From Burkholderiales bacterium (GTDB taxonomy: Bacteria > Pseudomonadota > Gammaproteobacteria > Burkholderiales > Burkholderiaceae_C), in contig JANNBZ010000184.1 of the NCBI GenBank assembly GCA_031386065.1, forward strand, positions 1,155-65,154: a stretch of DNA of 64,000 bases, written 5' to 3'. The position numbers were made by a program, and so were the translations under genes. Below are positions 50,249 through 61,295 of this stretch, piece by piece. The stretch's first letter is position 1; every line of letters starts with the position of its first letter. The notes below the pieces were generated by a model. The model was not told the origin of the DNA and ran no database searches. It saw only the letters and a list, made by a program, of their open reading frames with translations.

Positions 50249-50968
50249 ATGCTGACCCTGCGCAAATCATCCGACCGCGGCCATGCCGACCACGGCTGGC
50301 TCAAGAGCCACCACAGCTTCTCGTTCGCCGATTACCACGACCCGAAGCACATGGGCTTCGGCAACCTGCGTGTCATCAACGAAGACCGCATCGCTCCCGG
50401 CACCGGCTTCGGCACGCATGGCCACCGCGACATGGAGATCGTGAGCTACGTGCTCTCCGGCGAACTCGCTCACAAGGACAACATGGGCAACGGCCAGGCC
50501 GGTGCCGCCGTGAGTGGCGTGATTCGCCCCGGCGACGTGCAGCGCATGAGCGCCGGGCGCGGCGTGATGCACAGCGAGTTCAACCACGCGCCGGCCGCTA
50601 TCACCCATTTCCTGCAGATCTGGATCGAGCCCAGCGCGCGCGGCATCGACCCCGGCTACGAGCAGAAGCACTTCGACGCCGCATCGAAGCGGGGCGCGCT
50701 GCGCCTGGTCGCGTCACCCGATGGCCGCGACGGCTCGGTGACCATCCACGCCGACGCCGCCATCTACAGCGGCCTGTTCGACGGCGACCAGCAGCTCACG
50801 AAGCCACTCGATGCCGCCCGCAAGACGTATGTGCACCTCGTTCGCGGCCAGCTCGACGTGAACGGCCAGCACCTGACCGCCGGTGACGCGCTCAAGCTCG
50901 AAGCCGAGCCGGCATTGAGCCTCAGCCACGGCGTCGATGCCGAGGTGCTGGTGTTCGATCTTCACTGA
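50249..50968 (+). CDS. pirin family protein
   Basis: RGHADHGWLKSHHSFSFADYHDP...GFGTHGHRDMEIVSYVL.G...H.D..GN. Confidence 0.9.
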   Translation: MLTLRKSSDRGHADHGWLKSHHSFSFADYHDPKHMGFGNLRVINEDRIAPGTGFGTHGHRDMEIVSYVLSGELAHKDNMGNGQAGAAVSGVIRPGDVQRMSAGRGVMHSEFNHAPAAITHFLQIWIEPSARGIDPGYEQKHFDAASKRGALRLVASPDGRDGSVTIHADAAIYSGLFDGDQQLTKPLDAARKTYVHLVRGQLDVNGQHLTAGDALKLEAEPALSLSHGVDAEVLVFDLH

Positions 50969-51004
50969 CTCCCCGACCACCCCAACCCAACCCGAAGGAA
51001 CCCC

Positions 51005-51559
51005 ATGCTCAAAATTGCCATCGTCTTTCACAGCGGCTACGGCCACACCCAACGCATGGCGCAGGCCGTGGCCGAGGGCGCCGCTGGTGAGCTGATCACC
51101 ATCGACGCCGAGGGCAACATCACCGAAGCGCAGTGGGCCACGTTGGCCGCTGCCGACGCCATCATCTTCGGCTCGCCGACCTACATGGGCAGCGTGTCGT
51201 GGCAGTTCAAGAAGTTCGCCGATGCGTCCAGCAAGCCGTGGTTCACGCAGGTCTGGAAAGACAAGATCGCCGCCGGCTTCACCAACTCGGCCACGATGAA
51301 CGGCGACAAGCTCTCGACGCTGCACTACATGTTCACGCTGTCGCAGCAGCACAGCATGCTCTGGGTCGGCACCGGGTTGATGCCCAGCAACGCCAAGGCC
51401 GCGAACCGCAACGACGTGAACTACGTCGGCTCGTTCGCAGGCGCCATGGCGCAGAGCCCGTCTGACGCCAGCCCTGCCGAGATGCTGCCGGGTGACCTGG
51501 AGACCGCCAAGCTGTTCGGCGCGCGCGTGGCTGCGGTGGCGGACCGCTTCAACAAGTAA
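51005..51559 (+). CDS. flavodoxin-like NAD(P)H-dependent oxidoreductase (WrbA-like)
   Basis: MLKIAIVFHSGYGHTQRMAQAVAEGA...IIFGSPTYMGSVSWQFKKFAD. Confidence 0.8.
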   Translation: MLKIAIVFHSGYGHTQRMAQAVAEGAAGELITIDAEGNITEAQWATLAAADAIIFGSPTYMGSVSWQFKKFADASSKPWFTQVWKDKIAAGFTNSATMNGDKLSTLHYMFTLSQQHSMLWVGTGLMPSNAKAANRNDVNYVGSFAGAMAQSPSDASPAEMLPGDLETAKLFGARVAAVADRFNK

Positions 51560-51603
51560 GCCTGGTGAGCAGGCCTGATAAGCAGGCTTGGTAAGCAGGC
51601 TTG
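51556..51603 (+). repeat. 13-bp tandem array ((G/A)T(A/G)AGCAGGC(C/T)TG x3 plus a partial copy containing the stop codon)
   Basis: Units at 51565-51577, 51578-51590 and 51591-51603. Partial GTAAGCCTG at 51556-51564 includes the TAA of the flavodoxin-like gene. Confidence 0.8.
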
Positions 51604-51671
51604 TTCGTGGCGCTTGCCGCACGCAAGCCGGATGCGCCACGGCGACTGCCCGGCTTGCTACAGTCCCGCGC

Positions 51672-52376
51672 ATGGACGCCACGATCAAGCTCGTCAGCCT
51701 GCTGCCCTGGATCGACTGGCTCGCGCTCGCGCTGTTTTTCTTCACTTGGGTCGGCTATGCACGCTTCTCGCGCCAGCGCGACGGTGCGCGCCAGTCGGTG
51801 CTGGGCGCCACCAACGCCGTACGCCGGCAATGGATGCTACAGACCACCTACCGCGAGGTGCGCGTGATCGACGGCGTGGTGGTTCAGAACCTGTCGACGA
51901 GCCCGTCTTTCTTCGCTTCCACCACCATCCTGATCATCGGCGGCCTGCTCGCCGTGCTCGGCACCGACAAAGCGAGCGAACTGGTGCGTGAACTGCCCTT
52001 CGCGGCACGCACCAGCACGCTGATCTTCGACATGAAGGTGATGCTGCTGCTGGCGATCTTCGTGCATGCGTTCTTCCGCTTCACCTGGTCAATGCGGCAA
52101 TACACGTTCGGCGCGCTGCTCGTGGCAGCGGCGCCCGAAGCCGAGGTGTTCCGCACCGAGGGCCTGTCACGCGAGGCCTTCGCCAACAAGGCCGGCCGGG
52201 TGGTCGGCATGGCGGCCGAGACCTTCAACGACGGCTTGCGCGCGTACTACTACTCGTTCGCGGCCATCGGCTGGTTCTTCTCGCCTTACGTGTTCATGCT
52301 GGGCACAGCGGGCGTGGTCTACGTGCTCTACGAGCGTGAGTTCCGCTCGGATGTTCTGGCGGTGCTGACCTCGTAG
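51672..52376 (+). CDS. DUF599 family membrane protein
   Basis: 234 aa from ATG 51672: WIDWLALALFFFTWVGY...RRQWM...NLSTSPSFFASTTILIIGG. Confidence 0.7.
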   Translation: MDATIKLVSLLPWIDWLALALFFFTWVGYARFSRQRDGARQSVLGATNAVRRQWMLQTTYREVRVIDGVVVQNLSTSPSFFASTTILIIGGLLAVLGTDKASELVRELPFAARTSTLIFDMKVMLLLAIFVHAFFRFTWSMRQYTFGALLVAAAPEAEVFRTEGLSREAFANKAGRVVGMAAETFNDGLRAYYYSFAAIGWFFSPYVFMLGTAGVVYVLYEREFRSDVLAVLTS

Positions 52377-52399
52377 CGCGCCGAGCGCGTGTCAGCGTT

Positions 52400-53704
<1,305 letters not shown>

Positions 53705-53756
53705 GGTGGCCTCTAGACGGCGCCAACACCTGGCGGCGTTGCAGCGTGCCGCAACC

Positions 53757-54509
53757 TTACGGGCCCGACGCGGCCGACGCTGTAGGACAAAGCCCAGCGT
53801 CGAGCGTGGTGCGCGCATCGAAGACGAAACAATCGCCGTCGAAGTGTTCGCCACCGGTCTGCTCGAAGTACGTCAGGATGCCACCTTCGAGTTGCAGCAC
53901 GTTCGCGACACCCGCGCTCGCCATGAACAGGGCCGCCTTCTCGCAGCGTATGCCGCCGGTGCAATAACTCACGACGGTCTTGCCGGCAAGCTCGGTGCGG
54001 TGCGCGAGCAGCGCCTCGGGGAACTCGCTGAAGCGCTCGATGCGCCAGTCGATGGCGCCGCGAAAGCGCCCGGCATCGGCCTCGAACGCGTTGCGCGTGT
54101 CGAGCATCGCCAGCGGCCGGCCGGCATCGTCGGTGCCTTGCGCCAGCCAGCGCGCCAGCGTGGTCGCGTCGACCGACGGTGCACGCCCGGCTTGCGGCTG
54201 AACGGCCGCGTGGTTCATGCGGATGATCTCGGGCTTGACCTTGACCAGCAGCTTGCCGAAGGGCACATCGGCCGAGTGGCTCTCCTTGACTTCGAGTGCC
54301 GTGAAGGGCTCTTGCGCCTGCAGCCAGCCCAGCCAGCGGCGCACGTTGGCCTCGGTGCCGGCCAGGCACAGGTTGATGCCTTCGCCGGCCAGCAGCACCG
54401 TTCCCTTGAGCGCACACGCCTCGGCCTGCGCCCGGATGCGGGCTCGCCAATCCTGCAAGTCGGTCAATGCGACGAAGCGGTACGCGGCGATGTTCAGTGT
54501 CGATGTCAC
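53757..54509 (-). CDS. UPF0176/YceA(TrhO)-family rhodanese-domain protein
   Basis: LNIAAYRFV...GTVLLAGEGINL. Rhodanese active-site loop YCTGGIRCEKA. At 250 aa it is shorter than my recollection of E. coli YceA (about 350 aa). Confidence 0.8.
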   Translation of the reverse strand: MTSTLNIAAYRFVALTDLQDWRARIRAQAEACALKGTVLLAGEGINLCLAGTEANVRRWLGWLQAQEPFTALEVKESHSADVPFGKLLVKVKPEIIRMNHAAVQPQAGRAPSVDATTLARWLAQGTDDAGRPLAMLDTRNAFEADAGRFRGAIDWRIERFSEFPEALLAHRTELAGKTVVSYCTGGIRCEKAALFMASAGVANVLQLEGGILTYFEQTGGEHFDGDCFVFDARTTLDAGLCPTASAASGP

Positions 54510-54565
54510 GGGCGTAATTTTACGAGGCCGTCTTTCTTCAAAGGCCCACTCCCTAAAATGCCCGG

Positions 54566-57500
54566 ATGGCCTTCGTTCACCTGCGTACCCACACCGAATT
54601 TTCCGTCGTCGACGGCACCTTGCGCATCGACGATGCCGTCGCCGCGGCGGCGGCCGATTCCCAGGGCGCCCTCGCCATCACCGACCTGGCCAACCTGTTC
54701 GGCGCCGTCAAGTTCTACAGCGCGGCGCGCAAGCGCGGCATCAAGCCGATCATCGGCGCCGACCTCTGGTTGGAGCCGCAAGGCGGCGAGAAGGCCGCCA
54801 GCCGCCTCGTGGTGCTGGTACAGAACAGCGAGGGCTATCACCACCTGTGCGAGCTGCTGTCGCGCGCCTGGCTGCGCAATGTGCAGCGCGGGCTGGCTTG
54901 CGTCACGTGGGAGGGGCTGGCCGAGCTCGGCGAGGGCTTGATCGTGCTCTCGGGCGCGGAGTTGGGCCCGGTCGGGCAGGCCCTGGTGGCGGGTGATGCG
55001 GAGCGTGCGGCGCTGCTTGCCACGCGGCTGGCCCAACTGTTCAAGGGCCGCTTCTACATCGAGCTGCAACGCGCCGGCCTGCCCGGCAACGAGGCCCACG
55101 TGCGCGCCGCAGTGCAACTGGCGGCGGAACTGAAGCTGCCGGTGGTGGCCACGCACCCGGTGCAGTTTGCGCAGGCCGACGACTTCGAGGCGCATGAAGC
55201 CCGCGTGTGCGTGTCGGAGGGTGAGTTGCTCAGCAACCCGAAGCGCGCCAAGCGCTTTTGCGAAGAGCAGTACTTCAAGACCCAGGCGCAGATGGAAGCG
55301 CTGTTTGCCGACCTGCCCAGCGCCGTTCGCAACACGGTCGAGATCGCGCGCCGCTGCAACCTGAGCCTCGTGCTCGGCCAGGCCCAGCTGCCGGACTTCC
55401 CGACGCCCGTGGTCGACGGCGTGCCGCTCGCGATGGACGCGTATTTCCGCATCGCCTCGCACGAGGGCCTGGAGAAGCGGCTCGCGCAGCTCTACCCCGA
55501 CGCCGCCGTGCGTGAGGGCCAACGCGCCCGCTATGTCGAGCGGCTGGACTTCGAGATCGCGACGATCCTGAAGATGGGCTTCCCGGGCTACTTCCTGATC
55601 GTGGCCGACTTCATCAACTGGGCCCAGAACAATGGCTGCCCGGTGGGGCCGGGGCGCGGCTCGGGCGCGGGCTCGCTGGTCGCGTATTCGATGGGTATCA
55701 CCGGCCTCGACCCGCTTCAATACAACCTGCTGTTCGAGCGCTTCCTGAACCCCGAGCGGGTCTCGATGCCCGACTTCGACATCGACTTCTGCCAAGGCAA
55801 CCGCGAGCGCGTGATCGACTACGTGAAGCAGAAGTACGGCCGTGATGCAGTCAGCCAGATCGCCACTTTCGGCACCATGGCCGCGAAGGCCGCGCTGCGC
55901 GACGTGGGCCGCGTGCTGGGCATGGGCTATGGTCATGTCGACTCGATCGCCAAGCTGATCCCGGCGCCACCGGGCAAGCAGGTCACGCTGGCGCGCGTGC
56001 CGGCCGAGCCCGAGGCCGGGCTCATCTACGCCCGCAAGGAAGCGCCCGAACTCGAACAACGCGAAGCCGCCGAAGAAGAGGTGGCCGAACTGCTGGCGCT
56101 GGCGATGCGCGTCGAGGGCCTGACCCGCAACGTCGGCATGCACGCCGGCGGGGTGTTGATAGCACCCGGCAAGATCACCGACTTCTGCCCGCTCTACATG
56201 CAACCCGGCAGCGACAGCGCGGTGAGCCAGTTCGACAAGGACGACGTGGAGGCCATCGGCCTCGTCAAGTTCGACTTCCTGGGCCTGGCCACGCTGACGA
56301 TTCTCGAGCTCGCGAAAGAGTTCATCAAGGCGCGCCGGCCGCAACACGCAGCCTTCGACTACGACCGGCTGCCGCTCGACGACGCACGGGTCTACAAGCT
56401 CTTCTCGGACGGCCGCACCGAGTCGGTGTTCCAGTTCGAAAGCGCGGGCATGCAGCGCATGCTGAAAGACGCAAAGCCCACCCGCATCGAAGACCTGATC
56501 GCGCTGAACGCCATGTTTCGCCCCGGGCCGATGGAGAACATCCCGACCTTCTGCGCCCGCAAGCACGGCAAGGAAGAGGTGAGCTACCCGCACCCGCTGC
56601 TCGAAACCGTGCTCGGCGAAACCTACGGCGTGATGGTCTATCAAGAGCAGGTGATGCAGGCCGCGCAGGTGTTGGGCGGCTACTCGCTCGGTGGCGCCGA
56701 CCTGCTGCGCCGCGCGATGGGCAAGAAGAAGGCCGAAGAGATGGCCACGCACCGCACAATCTTCCGCGACGGGGCGGCCGCGAAGCACATCAGCCCCGCT
56801 GTGGCCGACGAAGTGTTCGACCTGATGGAGAAGTTCGCGGGCTACGGCTTCAACAAGTCGCACGCGGCCGCTTACTCGCTGCTGGCGTATCACACGGCCT
56901 GGATCAAGGTGTATTGCACGGCCGAGTTCTTCGCGGCGAACATGACGGTCGAGGCCGACGACACCGACAAGCTGCGCGTGCTGCTGATCGACGCGAAGAG
57001 CTTCGGCGTCACCGTGCTCGCGCCCGATGTGAACCAGGGCGTGCACCGCTTCGTGCCCGCGTCCGACACCGTGGTGCAGTACGGCCTGGGCGCCATCAAG
57101 GGCACGGGGCAGGGCGCGATCGAAGCCATCGTTGCGGCGCGCACCGAAGGGGGCCCGTTCACGAGCCTGTTCGACTTCTGCGCGCGCGTGGACCGCAGCC
57201 GCATCAACAAGCGTGTGATCGAGGCGCTGATCAAGTCGGGCGCGTTCGATGCGCTGCACCCCGAGCGCTCGCGCATGCTCGCAAGCGCGAGCCTCGCGAT
57301 GGACTGGGCCGATGCGCAGGCCGCACACGCCGACCAAGGCGGCCTGTTCGACTTTGCCGATGACGATGCCAGCGTGCACGGTGCAAGCACGCAGGAGCCC
57401 GAGCTGGAGGCGGCCGAGCCGTGGAGCATCAAGCAGCGTTTGCTGCTGGAGAAGGCGGCGCTCGGCTTCTACCTCTCGGGCCACTTGTTCGACCAGAGCG

Positions 57501-58078
57501 CCGACGAAGTGCGGCGCTTCGCCAAGCGCCGCATCGCCGACCTGATGGACAGCCGCGATGTGCAGTTGCTCGCCGGCATCGTGAGCGACCTGCGAATCGT
57601 CAACGGCCAGCGCGGGCGCGTGGCGATCTTCAAGCTCGACGACAAGACCGAGCCCATCGAGGCGGTTGCCAACGAAGACCTGCTGAACGCGAACCGCGAC
57701 CTGCTCAAAGACGACGAGCTCATCATCGTGCAAGGCAAGGTGCAGCTCGACCGCTTCTCCGGCGGCCTGCGCCTGAACGTGAGCGCGGTGTGGGACCTGG
57801 CGGCCGCGCGCTGCCGCTTCGGCAAGTACCTGCGCGTGAACGTGAACGGCAGTGTTCCGCCAGTGGCCGAGGTGCTGCGCGACTTCCCGCAGCGGCGCAT
57901 TGCCACCGAGCAGGGCGACCTGCCGCAAGGCCTGACCGTGCGGCTGCAACTGCTGCGTGCCAGCGCCAGTGGCGAGCTCGACCTGGGCGATGCGGCCCGC
58001 TTCTACCCGACCGACGACGCACTCGACCGCTGGCGTGCGGCGGCGCATGGCGGGCAGGCGGTGGTCGTGTACGAGTGA
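54566..58078 (+). CDS. dnaE: DNA polymerase III subunit alpha
   Basis: MAFVHLRTHTEFSVVDG (PHP domain), PDFDIDFC, GVLIAPG, KFDFLGL, FNKSHAAAYS. Confidence 0.95.
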   Translation: MAFVHLRTHTEFSVVDGTLRIDDAVAAAAADSQGALAITDLANLFGAVKFYSAARKRGIKPIIGADLWLEPQGGEKAASRLVVLVQNSEGYHHLCELLSRAWLRNVQRGLACVTWEGLAELGEGLIVLSGAELGPVGQALVAGDAERAALLATRLAQLFKGRFYIELQRAGLPGNEAHVRAAVQLAAELKLPVVATHPVQFAQADDFEAHEARVCVSEGELLSNPKRAKRFCEEQYFKTQAQMEALFADLPSAVRNTVEIARRCNLSLVLGQAQLPDFPTPVVDGVPLAMDAYFRIASHEGLEKRLAQLYPDAAVREGQRARYVERLDFEIATILKMGFPGYFLIVADFINWAQNNGCPVGPGRGSGAGSLVAYSMGITGLDPLQYNLLFERFLNPERVSMPDFDIDFCQGNRERVIDYVKQKYGRDAVSQIATFGTMAAKAALRDVGRVLGMGYGHVDSIAKLIPAPPGKQVTLARVPAEPEAGLIYARKEAPELEQREAAEEEVAELLALAMRVEGLTRNVGMHAGGVLIAPGKITDFCPLYMQPGSDSAVSQFDKDDVEAIGLVKFDFLGLATLTILELAKEFIKARRPQHAAFDYDRLPLDDARVYKLFSDGRTESVFQFESAGMQRMLKDAKPTRIEDLIALNAMFRPGPMENIPTFCARKHGKEEVSYPHPLLETVLGETYGVMVYQEQVMQAAQVLGGYSLGGADLLRRAMGKKKAEEMATHRTIFRDGAAAKHISPAVADEVFDLMEKFAGYGFNKSHAAAYSLLAYHTAWIKVYCTAEFFAANMTVEADDTDKLRVLLIDAKSFGVTVLAPDVNQGVHRFVPASDTVVQYGLGAIKGTGQGAIEAIVAARTEGGPFTSLFDFCARVDRSRINKRVIEALIKSGAFDALHPERSRMLASASLAMDWADAQAAHADQGGLFDFADDDASVHGASTQEPELEAAEPWSIKQRLLLEKAALGFYLSGHLFDQSADEVRRFAKRRIADLMDSRDVQLLAGIVSDLRIVNGQRGRVAIFKLDDKTEPIEAVANEDLLNANRDLLKDDELIIVQGKVQLDRFSGGLRLNVSAVWDLAAARCRFGKYLRVNVNGSVPPVAEVLRDFPQRRIATEQGDLPQGLTVRLQLLRASASGELDLGDAARFYPTDDALDRWRAAAHGGQAVVVYE

Positions 58079-58167
58079 GCCTCGTGCAGCGGCGTGTCCG
58101 GCTGCCCATGATGCGACGCGCGAAGCCGCGCGTGTCAGGTTTGGCGCCGCCGAACCGATAAGGTGAC

Positions 58168-59439
58168 ATGGCCGTATCCGCACCCACCTCTGCCGCGCCC
58201 GGCCCGGTCACTGGCCTCGTGCTCTCGGGCGGCGGCGCGCGCGCGGCCTACCAGGTCGGCGTGCTGCAGGCGATTGCGCAGATTCGGCGTGACGCGCAAT
58301 CCACCGGTGCGGCGCCCGCCGGCAACCCGTTCCCGGTGATCGCCGGCACCTCGGCCGGTGCCATCAACGCGGCGGCTCTCGCGTGCCGCGCCGACGACTT
58401 CGACGGCGCGGTCAACATGCTGTGCGAGGTGTGGCGGAACTTCCATGCCGAGCAGGTGTACCGGGCCGATTCGATGGGGGTGATCCGCACCGGCGCGCGC
58501 TGGCTCACGATGCTGTCGATCGGCTGGGTGATCGCCCGCTGGCGCCGCGCGCGGCCGCGCTCGCTGCTCGACAACACGCCGCTGCAAGGGCTGCTGACAC
58601 GGCTCGTCAGCACCGAACGGCTGCAGCAGATGATGGCGCAGGGGCACCTGCACGGCCTGGCCGTGACCGCGTCGAGCTATGGCACGGGGCTGCACGTGAC
58701 CTTCTACGACGCGGTCGAGCACATCCTGCCGTGGACGCGCTCGCAGCGCATCGCCGTGCGCGACGCCATCGGCGTGCCGCACCTGATGGCGTCGTCGGCA
58801 ATTCCGTTCGTGTTCCCTGCCGTGGCGCTCGACATCGACGGCCATGCCGAGTACTGCGGTGACGGCTCGATGCGCCAGGCCGCGCCCATATCGCCGGCGG
58901 TGCATCTGGGCGCCGAGCGCATCCTCGTGGTCGGTGCCGGGCGCATGCACGAGCCACCGGGCCAGCGCGCGGGCAGCAGCGAGTACCCGAACCTGGCGCA
59001 GGTGGCTGGGCATGCGCTTTCGAGCATCTTCCTGGATGCGTTGGCGGTTGATGTGGAGCGCCTGCAGCGCATCAACACGACGCTCGCGCTGCTCACGCCC
59101 GAACAGCGCGCGGCGACCCGGCTCAAGCCGATCGACGTGCTCGTGATCTCGCCGAGCCAGCGGCTCGACGACATTGCGGCGCGCCACCTGGGCGAGTTGC
59201 CGCTGCCCATACGGGCCATGCTGCGCGGCCTGGGTGTGCAAGGGCAAGGCAGCGATGCGCGGGGCGCGGCGCTGGCGAGCTACCTGCTGTTCGAAGCGCC
59301 GTACACGCGCGAGCTGATGGCGCTGGGCGTGCGTGACACGCTGGCCAAGCGCGAAGAGGTGCTGCGCTTTTTCGGCTGGGTGGGCAGCGCGCCGAGCGTG
59401 CCGAGCGCGCCGCGCGAGGAGCTTGCGGCGGCCCCATGA
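58168..59439 (+). CDS. patatin-like phospholipase family protein
   Basis: [17 protein letters not shown] (oxyanion hole), [11 protein letters not shown] (GxSxG), DGS (catalytic Asp region). Confidence 0.85.
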   Translation: MAVSAPTSAAPGPVTGLVLSGGGARAAYQVGVLQAIAQIRRDAQSTGAAPAGNPFPVIAGTSAGAINAAALACRADDFDGAVNMLCEVWRNFHAEQVYRADSMGVIRTGARWLTMLSIGWVIARWRRARPRSLLDNTPLQGLLTRLVSTERLQQMMAQGHLHGLAVTASSYGTGLHVTFYDAVEHILPWTRSQRIAVRDAIGVPHLMASSAIPFVFPAVALDIDGHAEYCGDGSMRQAAPISPAVHLGAERILVVGAGRMHEPPGQRAGSSEYPNLAQVAGHALSSIFLDALAVDVERLQRINTTLALLTPEQRAATRLKPIDVLVISPSQRLDDIAARHLGELPLPIRAMLRGLGVQGQGSDARGAALASYLLFEAPYTRELMALGVRDTLAKREEVLRFFGWVGSAPSVPSAPREELAAAP

Positions 59440-59442
59440 AAA

Positions 59443-59463
59443 CGCCCCGCACGGGGCGGGGCG
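59443..59463 (-). terminator. intrinsic terminator candidate (CGCCCCGC-acggg-GCGGGGCG, T-run on the minus strand)
   Basis: 8-bp GC stem between convergent genes. On the minus strand it is followed by TTTT (59439-59442). Confidence 0.5.
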
Positions 59464-59526
59464 CTGATCGCATCACAGGCCGGGCCGGCCTGCGTTGCCA
59501 CAGGCCTGGTCGGGCCAGCCGCGGGC

Positions 59527-60183
59527 TTACTTCTTCGCGGCGCTGGCCGGTGCGGCAGCAGCGGCAGGCTTGTCTTCCTTCGCAGCCTTCTTGGTGTCGG
59601 CCTTGGCGTCGGCCTTCGCTGCAGCCTTGTCGGCCTTGGCCTTCTTGGCTTCGTCGGCAGCAGCGGCCTTGGCGGCCTTCTTGTCTTCCTTCTCCTTCTT
59701 GGCAGCAGCCTTCTTGTCGTCAGCGCTCGGGGCAGATGCAGCGGCGGCGGGCTTGGCTGCATCGGCCTTGGCCATCGGCGCGGCGTCGGCCTTGGCCATC
59801 GGGGCGGCGGTTGCCGGTGCGGTGGTCACGGGCGCAGCAGCCGGTGCTGCCGCCTTCTTGTCTTCCTTCTTTTCTTCCTTCTTGGCGGCCGCCGGAGCAG
59901 CTGCCTTGGCCGGTGCGCCGCTGAAGGCAGCGCCGTTCACGGTCAGGCCTTCGGTCGAGAACTTGGCGGCATTGCCTTCGCCCACGCCCTTGACGCGCTC
60001 GACCATGTCTTGCCAGTCCTTGAACGAACCCTTCTTGCGCTCGTCGAGGATCTTGCCCGCGATCGACGGGCCGATGCCCTTGACGGCTTCGAGTTCGGCT
60101 TGCGTCGCCTTGTTGACATCGACCGCGGCGAATGCGACGGCGGCGAACAGGGCCAGCATGGCGGCGAGAATTTTCTTGATCAT
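59527..60183 (-). CDS. ComEA-like helix-hairpin-helix protein with signal peptide and ~130-aa Ala/Lys/Pro-rich tail
   Basis: MIKKILAAMLALFAAVAFA-AVDVNKATQAELEAVKGIGPSIAGKILDERKKG...VKGVGEGNAAKF, then AKKEEKKEDKKAAAP...PMAKADAAPMAKADAAK...KKAKADKAAAKADAKADTKKAAKEDK. Confidence 0.75.
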   Translation of the reverse strand: MIKKILAAMLALFAAVAFAAVDVNKATQAELEAVKGIGPSIAGKILDERKKGSFKDWQDMVERVKGVGEGNAAKFSTEGLTVNGAAFSGAPAKAAAPAAAKKEEKKEDKKAAAPAAAPVTTAPATAAPMAKADAAPMAKADAAKPAAAASAPSADDKKAAAKKEKEDKKAAKAAAADEAKKAKADKAAAKADAKADTKKAAKEDKPAAAAAPASAAKK

Positions 60184-60290
60184 GGCGTTCCTCGGATCGT
60201 GGTGGAAAGGTTGCGCGCCGGGCACGGTGCCGTCGGCGCTGGAGTCATAACGAAGGGTCTGTCGACAGGGTTGACCCTGCGGCAAAAGAA

Positions 60291-61295
60291 TCAGCCCGCC
60301 GCTGCCAGCCAGGCGGCGTAGGCGGCCACGCCGGTGGCTACATCGGCGAACCGGTGGTGGCAACCAGTGGCGCGCAGGCGCGCCAGGTCGGCCTCGGTGA
60401 AGCACTGGTACTTACCGACCAGCGCCTCGGGGAATGGGGTGTACTCGATCAACCCTGTACTCACCATCTCGGCCAGCGCCAGCGGCGCATCGCCAGCGGC
60501 CGCTCGCTGGGCGTTCACGGTGGCCACGGCCACGTCGTTGAACGGCTGGGCGCGGCCAGTGCCGAGGTTGAAGATGCCGCTTTGATCAGGGTGCTGCAGG
60601 AACCACAGGTTCACAGCCACCACGTCGTCCACGAACACGAAGTCGCGGCTCTGCTGGCCGGGGCCATAGCCGCCGTACTCGCCGAACAGCTTGACCTTGC
60701 CGTTCTCGCGGAACTGGTTGAAGTGGTGGAACGCGACCGACGCCATGCGGCCCTTGTGCTGCTCGCGCGGGCCGTAGACGTTGAAGTAGCGGAAGCCCGC
60801 GACCTGCGTGAATGGACCCGAGCTCGAGCTAGGCAACATGCGCCGCACCACGTTGTCGAACAGCAGCTTCGAGTAGCCGTACACGTTCAGCGGGCGCTCG
60901 AACGCCGGCTCTTCGCGGAACGCGGCACTGCCGCCGTAGGTGGCGGCCGACGAGGCATAGAGCAGCCGCGTGCCCTGCGCCTGGCAGGCGTCGAGCAGGT
61001 CTTTCGAGCAGCGGTAGTTGGTGTCGAGCATGAAGCGGCCGTTGTGCTCCATCGTGTCGGAGCAGGCGCCTTCGTGGAACACGGCGTCGACGTGGCCGAA
61101 CTCGCGCCGCGCGAAGCGGGCGTAGAACTCGCTCCGGTCGAAGTAGTCGCTCAGTTGCGCGCCCAGAAGGTTGCGGTATTTGGGGCCGTCGGTCAGGTCG
61201 TCGACACCGATCACGTCGTCGATGCCGATGGCGTTCAGGCCCTGCACGATGTTGCTGCCGATCATGCCGGCCGCGCCTGTGACCACGACTCTCAT
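60291..61295 (-). CDS. hldD: ADP-glyceromanno-heptose 6-epimerase
   Basis: [15 protein letters not shown]...FHEGACSDT...YGYSK...[14 protein letters not shown] overlap with the hldA stop. Confidence 0.9.
   Translation of the reverse strand: MRVVVTGAAGMIGSNIVQGLNAIGIDDVIGVDDLTDGPKYRNLLGAQLSDYFDRSEFYARFARREFGHVDAVFHEGACSDTMEHNGRFMLDTNYRCSKDLLDACQAQGTRLLYASSAATYGGSAAFREEPAFERPLNVYGYSKLLFDNVVRRMLPSSSSGPFTQVAGFRYFNVYGPREQHKGRMASVAFHHFNQFRENGKVKLFGEYGGYGPGQQSRDFVFVDDVVAVNLWFLQHPDQSGIFNLGTGRAQPFNDVAVATVNAQRAAAGDAPLALAEMVSTGLIEYTPFPEALVGKYQCFTEADLARLRATGCHHRFADVATGVAAYAAWLAAAG

Noticed and set aside
54506-58183. 1225-aa ORF on the minus strand
   Set aside because: It lies entirely antisense to dnaE, whose plus-strand frame has unmistakable Pol III alpha motifs. 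The antisense product is Arg/Ala/Gly/His-rich low complexity. Long stop-free antisense frames are expected at this GC content.
58168-59439. Patatin-like phospholipase as a possible CBASS or other defence effector
   Set aside because: There is no cyclase, E1/E2, sensor or other defence-type neighbour. It sits alone between dnaE and a ComEA-like gene with host-like composition, so it looks like a housekeeping RssA-type patatin.
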